Virus record (IMG/VR): IMGVR_UViG_3300028830_000027 | Coordinates: 1-39,188 of that record | DNA: 39,188 nucleotides | Strand: one strand, 5' to 3' | Source: a virus | Part shown: piece by piece, positions 30,062 to 37,636 of the stretch | Position numbering within the stretch: the first letter of the stretch is position 1 | Layout: every line of letters begins with the position of its first letter | Position numbers and translations under genes: made by a program | Notes under the pieces: generated by a model | The model's input: only the letters and a program-made list of their open reading frames with translations | Database searches by the model: none | What the model was told of the DNA's origin: nothing

Positions 30062-30553
30062 CTAGAAGATGTCGCTCAAGGCGCTACTACGGGCACGAGC
30101 ACCTGTCGCAATGACGTTGAACCCACCAGACAACACAGATAACGGTAATTTCGTCGCCGCACTGATGGTGTTCATCCTGGCTTGGTACTGCATCATGTCT
30201 GCTTGGTACCGGGCATTCGTGGCTGACACAGTGCCATTATATACTGTTTTCGCGGCTTCGTACTCATACTGTAGTTCCTGTTCTCGCACATGGTCAAGGA
30301 CCGAACCGGTCTGTGCAAGGCCGGACGCGCCGTAGCCAGCTTTTGCCCGACCGATCGCCTTGGTACCCGCTATCGAAATCTGACGCCCTTGCTCACGGGC
30401 GGAGAATTCCATCATGTCTGCTGAGCGTCGGACTTGCCCGGCGTTCTGTCGGAGCACCTGAGACTGTGATAAGCTGTCGAGGAAGTCGAGCGAGGACCCT
30501 ACCAAAGAGGTACCAAGGGACGCTAATTGAAAGGCTAACGCCGGGAGTGCCAT
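30062..30553 (-). CDS. Internal virion protein, 163 aa
   Basis: GGAGGA SD. Ala/Ser/Gln-rich helical protein directly after tail tubular B. Confidence 0.55.
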   Translation of the reverse strand: MALPALAFQLASLGTSLVGSSLDFLDSLSQSQVLRQNAGQVRRSADMMEFSAREQGRQISIAGTKAIGRAKAGYGASGLAQTGSVLDHVREQELQYEYEAAKTVYNGTVSATNARYQADMMQYQARMNTISAATKLPLSVLSGGFNVIATGARARSSALSDIF

Positions 30554-30554
30554 G

Positions 30555-32765
30555 TTAATCCTCCACGTTCATTTGACCAAAGTACGCGCGGACATGCGCG
30601 GACAACGGTAAGGTCTGTCGAATAGTAAACGTCTTAACCCGGTCATTTCCCAGGATCGTGATAAGCTTTTCACCTGTGAAATACGGTACGGCGGTATCCA
30701 TAGCGTCACCTGGGGTGCGATACGGTATCTCGGTCTTCTCTATCGTCAAACCCATCGTGTCGATCAGGCTTACCCACAACTTAGCCCATTGTTTCCGACG
30801 CCCCCGTGTTGAACCAAATTGGTCGTCTGGAACTGGTTGCACAGGTACTAACGTAGGGGTCGGGATCATGAGCCCGCACTCAACGACGGTAGCGGCGGGT
30901 CCTAACGTATTGCCGTACGCAACACTGACATTACCTGCGGCGACGGTCTGTCGGTCATACACCGCGTTATCGCCGATAACCGCCACAGTCCCGCCTTCCA
31001 AATGCTCGAATCCGCTCAAGGCTGTTGTGTCAGGGGGCCCTGTGTATACAAGGTTCGAGTCGGTATTCGTTGAGACTTCTTCACGTTCGATGTACCGGTA
31101 CGTCACGGAGTTGACCACACGTTCGACAACAAACCAGGCCTGGTCCGAGGTACCATTCGCGTTCGCCATGACGCCCACATGTTTATACAAGCCGTTCGTG
31201 GTGAACCGGGACCATGCTTGCACTTTCTCGATCGGGTAGAAGGTGAATACGTTACAGGTGCCGTCGGACATCACAAAGTATGCGACGCGGTATGGTCGAG
31301 GTTGATATGCGCCCCATACGACCGTTGCGACACGGAAGTAATGTTCAGCCGGTAGCGAAGACTCCGTTGTCAGAAAGTTATCAGAGGCGAAGTCGTATTG
31401 AACCGAGCGAATCTCCCGGCCTGAACGCTGGACAAACACTGTCTGATTACCAACGCGAAAGGCGGGCACGTCAGAGCACCCTTCCGCCGAGTTCAAGCGA
31501 ACCAGCGGTGGGTTCGTCGCGCTGATCGCTTCGGCATTCGCACCGGTCAAACTGAATTCCTCACCGGCTGTTCCGATGAGAAGCTGTTGCCCGGTGACAA
31601 GCCAGCGGATCTTATTGACGCGGCCTGAACCGAGCTGGTACGTCACCGCATCAGACGCGCTCACGGTACCTGTGCTGAGTGAGGGGGAGAAGTCCGTGAA
31701 TGAACCGGTGGTACTGAACCACATCTTCTGAGCTTCCGCTGCTGTGGTGGCATACACAAGGCGCTGTTGGAAAAAACTGATGACTGATGGATAACCAGGG
31801 CCGGTCCCGAACGCGCCAAGACGCCACGTGAGTTTTGCCGCCGTCGAGGTCAGCGAATTCACAACCGTTGCGTTGACGACGGTTGACGACGTGAACCCTG
31901 CGATCCGAACGTATCCCCACGCCGTACCGGTCTGCATACGGATCAAACGGCCCACGTCGGACGCAACGAATAACGCGGCACTGGCGGTCACTGTGATTGC
32001 GGCGCCGGCAGCAAAGGCCGAGGGCGTGAGGGTGATGGTGGAGACAGGCTCACCTGGCGTGACCACATTCGCGTCATAGTACGGGCCGTCGATGAACACG
32101 ATCTGTGTCAAGGTCCACGAGGTATCCGACGCGCGTGTGAGACGTTGCGGCGGTACACTCGGGTGCACAAGATACAACGCGTCACTTGACTGAGCCCAGC
32201 GAACCTGCGAGAGTTGCGCGGCAGTGTACGGGGAACCAATTTCGACAGGGCGCACCCACACACCACCTGTAGTCCACCCACCGTTGTATACTGAGCTGTT
32301 CAACGTGAAGTTATTCGCGTCAATGACCGTGATGACCCACTCCTTATTGAGTGCTTGTGCGCCAAGTGCCCCACTAATAGACACGTAATGACCGGTGCTC
32401 AAACCGTGCCCTGCGCTTGTGATTTGCACGAGCCCCGCATTATTCACAACCGCCGTAATGGTGCCAGAGGACACGGCAATACGTCCATTCGGAGTGTAGA
32501 ACCTCATGTACTGGTCGCCTAGCTCGATCATGTACGGTTGAAGCGTACTGTACTCGAACGGAATGAGCACAGGCGTGCCATTGTTCTTCGCAGGTGCGAC
32601 AAAGCGAGTACCGGGGCGTGTCTTGGCACCACCGAACGGCAGCGGGATAAAGTTCTCGCAGACCTCAAGCCGATTCGTGTACCCTTCGAGGTCACTACGG
32701 GTTGCTAAGTAGGGTGAGAGTACCCCACCGTTCAAACTGTTCTGTACATACAGCAGCCGACCCAT
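30555..32765 (-). CDS. Tail tubular protein B (nozzle)
   Basis: 736 aa. The N-terminus NSLNGGVLSPYLATRSDLEGY...FIPLPFGGAKTRPGTRFV is typical of podoviral gp12-like proteins. An inserted ..ITSAGHGLSTGHYVSISG...NKEWVITVID module is present. Confidence 0.8.
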   Translation of the reverse strand: MGRLLYVQNSLNGGVLSPYLATRSDLEGYTNRLEVCENFIPLPFGGAKTRPGTRFVAPAKNNGTPVLIPFEYSTLQPYMIELGDQYMRFYTPNGRIAVSSGTITAVVNNAGLVQITSAGHGLSTGHYVSISGALGAQALNKEWVITVIDANNFTLNSSVYNGGWTTGGVWVRPVEIGSPYTAAQLSQVRWAQSSDALYLVHPSVPPQRLTRASDTSWTLTQIVFIDGPYYDANVVTPGEPVSTITLTPSAFAAGAAITVTASAALFVASDVGRLIRMQTGTAWGYVRIAGFTSSTVVNATVVNSLTSTAAKLTWRLGAFGTGPGYPSVISFFQQRLVYATTAAEAQKMWFSTTGSFTDFSPSLSTGTVSASDAVTYQLGSGRVNKIRWLVTGQQLLIGTAGEEFSLTGANAEAISATNPPLVRLNSAEGCSDVPAFRVGNQTVFVQRSGREIRSVQYDFASDNFLTTESSLPAEHYFRVATVVWGAYQPRPYRVAYFVMSDGTCNVFTFYPIEKVQAWSRFTTNGLYKHVGVMANANGTSDQAWFVVERVVNSVTYRYIEREEVSTNTDSNLVYTGPPDTTALSGFEHLEGGTVAVIGDNAVYDRQTVAAGNVSVAYGNTLGPAATVVECGLMIPTPTLVPVQPVPDDQFGSTRGRRKQWAKLWVSLIDTMGLTIEKTEIPYRTPGDAMDTAVPYFTGEKLITILGNDRVKTFTIRQTLPLSAHVRAYFGQMNVED

Positions 32766-33355
32766 TAGAACGTCCCTTCTTCGTCATACCATCGGCGCTG
32801 CGCGGCCAAGGGGTTATCATCTTCGTAGCGAGGCCCTTCTTCCTGGCCGTCGGCGGCTTTGGCTTCTTGGAGCTTCCCGAAGTACTGCTGAGTGAAGTTC
32901 GATGTATGTGTATCTCGGGCGCTGAGTGTGGTGCTGAACTCCATCGCGAGCCGGTACACCAGCGCCATTGAAAACAACGGGGTGAACATGGTGGTATCGG
33001 ATTCACGGCGCATGTACGTTACTACGGCAGGTGGAGCCAGATTACATAGGAGTACCCGACCGTTGATTTCAAACTGTGCGCCAAGTGGCTCAACACTGTG
33101 CACCCGAAGACAGTCATTCGGTAACTGATAGGCATAGGTCCACGCGTCACCAACTTGTGTGTAGGTCAACTGTGGCAAACTCACACGTTGGTTCGCGAAG
33201 TTCCACGGGTGCGCGGCCAACATATCGTCAAGGCACAAATCGTACACAGCACGCGCCGTAACCGCCACTTCGCTCTCGTCAAGGTCCAGAGAAATCAATG
33301 GCCCGTGACCGACTTTCAGCAACGCCATATTAACAATTTGTGTGGAGGACGCCAT
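32765..33355 (-). CDS. Tail tubular protein A (gatekeeper/adaptor)
   Basis: IVNMALLKVGHGPLISLD...AHPWNFA fits the gp11-like family pattern. It lies directly upstream of tubular B. Confidence 0.75.
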   Translation of the reverse strand: MASSTQIVNMALLKVGHGPLISLDLDESEVAVTARAVYDLCLDDMLAAHPWNFANQRVSLPQLTYTQVGDAWTYAYQLPNDCLRVHSVEPLGAQFEINGRVLLCNLAPPAVVTYMRRESDTTMFTPLFSMALVYRLAMEFSTTLSARDTHTSNFTQQYFGKLQEAKAADGQEEGPRYEDDNPLAAQRRWYDEEGTF

Positions 33356-33364
33356 AGATACCTC

Positions 33365-34246
33365 TTAGACCACGACGTAATTAATACCGAGTTGAGGGTG
33401 CATTTCGGCAATTTGCGGACTCAATTTCGCTTCAACTTTTGCCCCCGCGATACCGCCCACCGACCGTATATCAAATGTGTACGGCATGTGCTGGTTTGAA
33501 TCCGCTTCAATATCGTACACGCCTGGGTCTCGAACACCCGACAGCCGAAAGTACTGCTCGATCACCGTCAAGTTTGACCGTAAATGTTTTGACGAGGCCC
33601 GACCACAGACCACTAACGACCGTGTAATGTTCCCGTACAGATCCGCGTCAAAAATCTGAATCCCGCGCATCGTGGTTGCAAAGCAAGAATTCAATTCGAT
33701 CGCGCCGCCATTGGGTATCTCAAAGTTCACGTCTTGAAACGCGTTCCCGTAGATCCAGTTTGCTGTATGTGTACACCCTATACTAACACAAGGAGCCTGG
33801 GGCGTTCCATTCGTCTGAAACCGCATTTTTGACCACGAATTGTTATTATAGAAAGGGCCGTCAACCGACACGAGGACGATAGGCGTTGTCATGCTGGACG
33901 GCTTCGACCATTCACCGCCTATGACATGCGTGTCATAGCACTGGTTCGATCCCACACATTTCCAAAGGGACTTCGCCAACATCACACCGCTGCACCACAC
34001 GTTCAACACCAGGCCCATACTTGAATTCACGCATTCAAACAGGTCTCCGGTTTGCGCGTGAAGTTTTCCACCAGCGATGGTCCAATGTCGTCCGTTGATT
34101 TGTATACCGGGGGCACCGAACAGGCGAAGTGTTTTATCCCTCAACTGCAAGGAGGACATGTCACTGACGAGGATGGTCTCTGTTATATCGATAACAGTAT
34201 TAACAGAAATATCGATCAAGGCTTGTACGGTAGCTGTTGTGACCAC
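33365..34246 (-). CDS. Hypothetical structural protein (293 aa), Cys-rich and beta-rich, possibly beta-helical
   Basis: GTG start 6 nt after the upstream stop. It has 11 Cys residues, is rich in N/G/S/T/V, and looks visibly AT-richer than its neighbours. Confidence 0.6.
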   Translation of the reverse strand: MVTTATVQALIDISVNTVIDITETILVSDMSSLQLRDKTLRLFGAPGIQINGRHWTIAGGKLHAQTGDLFECVNSSMGLVLNVWCSGVMLAKSLWKCVGSNQCYDTHVIGGEWSKPSSMTTPIVLVSVDGPFYNNNSWSKMRFQTNGTPQAPCVSIGCTHTANWIYGNAFQDVNFEIPNGGAIELNSCFATTMRGIQIFDADLYGNITRSLVVCGRASSKHLRSNLTVIEQYFRLSGVRDPGVYDIEADSNQHMPYTFDIRSVGGIAGAKVEAKLSPQIAEMHPQLGINYVVV

Positions 34247-34252
34247 ATCGAC

Positions 34253-34594
34253 CTACACGCCAGGCTTCCGTTGATAGCGTTCATGCACGTCCGCGTCTAG
34301 CACGCCGACATAGAGGTCGCCGATGTTGATTTGAAGCAGTGTGAAGACAAGAGGCTCTGGGTACGTGCGTAAGGTCAATGTCCGTTCGGCTAGCGCGGCC
34401 CAACCCTCGATCACGCCTTGGTCAACCCACGCATGGGAGAAGGACTTACACCGGATGCGGCCCGTGTGCACAATGTCAAAGCCGTCAAATCGGCCTTCGA
34501 CAAACCGACGAGTCATATGCAACGACGGCGACGGTTGACCAAGCTGTTCCATCATGCACCTCTTGTGACGACACGGAGAGCCAGGGAAGATCAC
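34253..34594 (-). CDS. Hypothetical head/neck protein (113 aa; start uncertain, GTG 34594 or ATG 34555)
   Basis: Sits in the head-tail joining position. GAGGTG lies next to ATG 34555. Confidence 0.5.
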   Translation of the reverse strand: MIFPGSPCRHKRCMMEQLGQPSPSLHMTRRFVEGRFDGFDIVHTGRIRCKSFSHAWVDQGVIEGWAALAERTLTLRTYPEPLVFTLLQINIGDLYVGVLDADVHERYQRKPGV

Positions 34595-34791
34595 TAGGCA
34601 GTCGGACGATACCGATACAACCGATGATACTGTGCCCGCACTTTGTCAAGCCGATGAAGAACACGGCGGAGGTCTTCTTTTGCCTCTACCGTGTCCTTCT
34701 GACTGAGCACCCCTGCTTCTTTTGCAAGCATATCTACTTGCCGTCGTAGATCACCTGATCCGGCACGGTCAGGCAGCGGGGGTGCGTACAT
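34594..34791 (-). CDS. Hypothetical protein (65 aa), charged helical
   Basis: AAGGAGG SD 7 nt upstream. Confidence 0.6.
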   Translation of the reverse strand: MYAPPLPDRAGSGDLRRQVDMLAKEAGVLSQKDTVEAKEDLRRVLHRLDKVRAQYHRLYRYRPTA

Positions 34792-34807
34792 CCTTCAAAC
34801 CTCCTTG

Positions 34808-35236
34808 TTAGTCAACCACGTATTCAATGTAACCACGGAACGCAGCAGCCGTCCACGCCGCACCTGCGTTTGTCGCGATGATGGTCTCTTCAGTAGAGAT
34901 TTCAACGCCATGGTTGTTCGACAGGTTGATCCGATCTGCAAAGGTGAACGCGGTCGTGGCGTTCGTGAGACTTCCACCCATGTACTTAATCGTATTCGAG
35001 GCAATCCCAATCGCGGTTGTGGCCGCTGCACCTTGAGCCACCGAGTACACGAATTGGCCTCTCAGAATTCTAGCGCCTTTCGGGATCTTACACAAGGTCA
35101 TCGTGTCGCCAACGCCGGTCGTCGGCACAGCAGGGACTTCGAAAAACGCAGCGCGAATCTGGCCATGTGATTCGTTTGAACCGATTTTAGACGCCGCAAC
35201 GATCGCTGCAATCTGAATACTGTTCGTATTTGCCAT
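34808..35236 (-). CDS. Putative capsid decoration / minor capsid protein (142 aa)
   Basis: AGGAG SD. Follows the major capsid gene. Ala/Gly/Thr-rich beta-type sequence. Confidence 0.5.
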   Translation of the reverse strand: MANTNSIQIAAIVAASKIGSNESHGQIRAAFFEVPAVPTTGVGDTMTLCKIPKGARILRGQFVYSVAQGAAATTAIGIASNTIKYMGGSLTNATTAFTFADRINLSNNHGVEISTEETIIATNAGAAWTAAAFRGYIEYVVD

Positions 35237-35294
35237 GTTGTTGCTCCTGTCCCCTCAGCTTTCCGCAGTCAGAGACGTGAGGCCTGTGTAGGCC

Positions 35295-35326
35295 GGTGAA
35301 AAGTGGGGTCAGTTTAGGCCGACCCC
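35295..35326 (-). terminator. Intrinsic-terminator-like hairpin after the major capsid gene
   Basis: The minus-strand RNA has GGGGUC, a 10-nt loop, GACCCC and then ACUUUUC. It begins 15 nt after the capsid stop. Confidence 0.45.
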
Positions 35327-35340
35327 TGCGCCTACGTTAC

Positions 35341-36222
35341 TTACAAGGCACTGTCAATACGCATCCGGCACACACCGTTACCGAGAATACGCGTTGCACC
35401 GAAGGTACCACGGGCATAGACCTGAGTGCTGTAGTTCTTCCCAGGCAGCTCGCTCATACGGCCCGTGATTTCTGCATTGATGGCAAGGCCGATCGCCGAC
35501 TTATGCCACGCGTAGCAGTACACGTCCGTACCAGCAGCCACAGGCACCAACGTGCTCTGAATCCACTTGAACCCAACCCATGTATCGAGATCGCCCTGCA
35601 CCAAAGCCTTCACCGTATTGTAATCAGACGATGCAGCCAACGGAGCAGAGGTTGCACCGAGGAGCTGAGTCACAACGGCAGGGTGCACAACGATGTATCG
35701 GTCTTCCATCGGAACTTCTTGGACATCCAAGGCTTTCTTGAGTGCGAGAACGTTCGCAGTCGTCACAGCAGCAGCAGACGGATCGGTGTCAGCAGCAGCT
35801 TCAGACGCGAAAGTAATCGCGCTTGTTCCAGACTCACCGCCAGCAGCATCCGCATCAAAGGCCGTCAGGATGACCCGGTCGAGTGAACGGTTCAACGCAC
35901 TTGAGGCTGCAATGGCGTACTCGCTCGCAGCACTGATGATGTGTCGCAGCTTATCGGGGTCCCAGACCTTCGCAGACCACGCATAGTCCTTGGGGACCAC
36001 CATGCGTCGGCTGTGGGCCGGGTCAAGCTGGGGGGTATCTGCGTGTCGTGCAACCAACTCAACGGCATCTTCAGCGGCCAACCGCTCGAAGAAATGCGCC
36101 TTACCCTTCAATGACTCTTCCCGAACCAACCCGCGCAATTTTGAACCCTTCTGTTGAAACAGATGGGTCACATTCGCGGCAAATTGTAGAACTCTCGCCT
36201 GGTCAATCGATTCAAACGCCAT
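35341..36222 (-). CDS. Major capsid protein
   Basis: 293 aa, downstream of the scaffold, flanked by its own promoter-like and terminator-like signals. The N-terminal ..FAANVTHLFQQKGSKLR.. and DTPQLDPAHSRRMV fit podoviral HK97-fold capsid proteins. Confidence 0.8.
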   Translation of the reverse strand: MAFESIDQARVLQFAANVTHLFQQKGSKLRGLVREESLKGKAHFFERLAAEDAVELVARHADTPQLDPAHSRRMVVPKDYAWSAKVWDPDKLRHIISAASEYAIAASSALNRSLDRVILTAFDADAAGGESGTSAITFASEAAADTDPSAAAVTTANVLALKKALDVQEVPMEDRYIVVHPAVVTQLLGATSAPLAASSDYNTVKALVQGDLDTWVGFKWIQSTLVPVAAGTDVYCYAWHKSAIGLAINAEITGRMSELPGKNYSTQVYARGTFGATRILGNGVCRMRIDSAL

Positions 36223-36360
36223 GATAGCACCTATGAAAATTCGCCCATGTGAACGGTTAGGAACGGCGGTAGGTTCCCGGTATCCGGCCCACCATGGGCT
36301 GTGTCGTCGCCCTTACGTCACGTTCGAGACAGGCTTTGTGAGAAGTTCCCTGTAGGAGTC

Positions 36361-36390
36361 ACTATACAGCGGGTGGTAGTAGGGAGTCAA
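36361..36390 (-). promoter_or_regulatory. Sigma-70-type promoter candidate for the capsid gene (TTGACT, 18 nt spacer, TATAGT)
   Basis: On the minus strand the -35 TTGACT is 36390..36385 and the -10 TATAGT is 36366..36361. The leader to ATG 36222 is about 130 nt. Confidence 0.4.
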
Positions 36391-36420
36391 GAACCCACTA
36401 CGCGAGCAGGCTCTTGACTC
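36384..36420 (-). promoter_or_regulatory. Perfect 9-bp hairpin (GAGTCAAGA / TCTTGACTC, 19-nt loop)
   Basis: Lies between the scaffold stop and the capsid promoter candidate. One arm contains the -35 hexamer. Confidence 0.5.
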
Positions 36421-36425
36421 TCGGG

Positions 36426-36448
36426 TAACCGGGGGAGGTGCCCGGTTA
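36426..36448 (-). promoter_or_regulatory. Perfect 8-bp hairpin (TAACCGGG / CCCGGTTA) that includes the scaffold stop codon
   Basis: No U-tail follows. It could be an attenuator or an RNA-stability or processing element. Confidence 0.4.
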
Positions 36449-37375
36449 TGCTTGTTTCGCGATGAACCGGCGAAGGTCTAGCGCACGATTGATGGTTTCC
36501 TCGTGCTTCGGGTGCCGGTCATTAAAGTACGGACCCTTGGCGTCACTCATGATCTTGTCGAGTTCCTGTTGGGCGGTGAGAGCCCCTGTCGAAGTGTCCA
36601 GCTCTTCACCCACGAGGACATTATCCTCAACCAAGGCGCGGCCCATTTTGTACATACCTCGGATGAAGTTCGGGTCGTTAAAGAACCCTGCCTTGTCCAG
36701 TGCGCCCTGGACTTCCGGTGAGAAGTGCATGTCTACTGCTCGTTTTGCCAGCGCAACGAACTTCGGCATAGTAGAACCCCACCCTGGGTTCAACTCGTCA
36801 CCGGTCTTCAAGGCCTCGACACAGCTAGAAGCGGCAGCGTGTCTGTCCGGCTGTGCGGCGACTTCCTGTTGCGCTTGCCACGCGACGATATCACGTACTT
36901 GGTCATTCGTCAGGCCCATCTTATGCGCGGCTTCTTTGAACGCGGTCAACTGCGCTTCGTTCGCTTGCAAGCCAAGCTGCTCGTACGCGGGTAAGTCAAA
37001 TTTGTAGTCAGCGGGGGTTGCCGGGCGACCAAGCTCCTGTTGTAGGCGCTGTATTTTGGCCGCGCGTTCTTCCGGTTTGTCCGTCGGTAAGGGTACCGGC
37101 AACCTGCTCCCGAATGACTTCTGCGCTTGAACGTAGGACTCGACAACGGCTGAGATCGGCTTCCCCTTGAAGGTCTCCAAGGTCTTCTCAGCCTTGAGCC
37201 CGTCTGGTAAGCCGTCGAACCAGTTAATTTCTAGATTACCTGACGACGCAGCAGCACTACCCCCACTAGCTGTTCCCTGTGCGGGGGCTGAAGTAGAGGT
37301 GCTGTCGGTCGCTGTCTGGGCTGGCTGGCCCGCTAGAATACTCGGTGTCGTACCTGCTGGTGTCACTGGATCCAT
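36446..37375 (-). CDS. Scaffolding (capsid assembly) protein
   Basis: CAGGAGGA SD. Low-complexity N-terminus, then ..NWFDGLPDGLKAEKTLETFKGKP..SYVQAQKSFG and ELGRPATPADYKF, which are typical of podoviral scaffolds. Lies between the portal and capsid genes. Confidence 0.75.
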   Translation of the reverse strand: MDPVTPAGTTPSILAGQPAQTATDSTSTSAPAQGTASGGSAAASSGNLEINWFDGLPDGLKAEKTLETFKGKPISAVVESYVQAQKSFGSRLPVPLPTDKPEERAAKIQRLQQELGRPATPADYKFDLPAYEQLGLQANEAQLTAFKEAAHKMGLTNDQVRDIVAWQAQQEVAAQPDRHAAASSCVEALKTGDELNPGWGSTMPKFVALAKRAVDMHFSPEVQGALDKAGFFNDPNFIRGMYKMGRALVEDNVLVGEELDTSTGALTAQQELDKIMSDAKGPYFNDRHPKHEETINRALDLRRFIAKQA

Positions 37376-37610
37376 TGCGATTGTCCTCCTGGTTAAGGGT
37401 CGTGGTTCTACGGATCATATCGAAAATGCTTGTCACCACATGACGCATACCTTCGTTAAAGGCGGTCGCGTGGGGGTCGCCGGGTGTAAAGGTTGTCTTG
37501 TACACGAAGCAGCTACGCGCGAGGTCTTCTAGTACCGTTTGCCCTGCCGGGGTACTAAACGCCTCGTTGTAGCTGTTCACGATGGCTTGGAACTTTTCGT
37601 CTTCATCCAT
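37266..37610 (-). CDS. Bbp19-like small conserved protein (114 aa as listed)
   Basis: ..AGQTVLEDLARSCFVYKTTFTPGDPHATAFNEGMRHVVTSIFDMI fits the small protein found between portal and scaffold in BPP-1-like podoviruses. Its 3' 110 nt overlap the scaffold gene out of frame. Confidence 0.65.
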   Translation of the reverse strand: MDEDEKFQAIVNSYNEAFSTPAGQTVLEDLARSCFVYKTTFTPGDPHATAFNEGMRHVVTSIFDMIRRTTTLNQEDNRNGSSDTSRYDTEYSSGPASPDSDRQHLYFSPRTGNS

Positions 37611-37619
37611 AGTGACTAC

Positions 37620-37634
37620 ATTATACCGCGTGTG
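37620..37634 (-). promoter_or_regulatory. Promoter-like motif cacacgcGGTATAAT, 9 nt upstream of ATG 37610
   Basis: attataccgcgtgtg on the plus strand. There is no SD between the motif and the ATG, so the transcript would be leaderless or nearly so. Confidence 0.5.
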
Positions 37635-37636
37635 CC

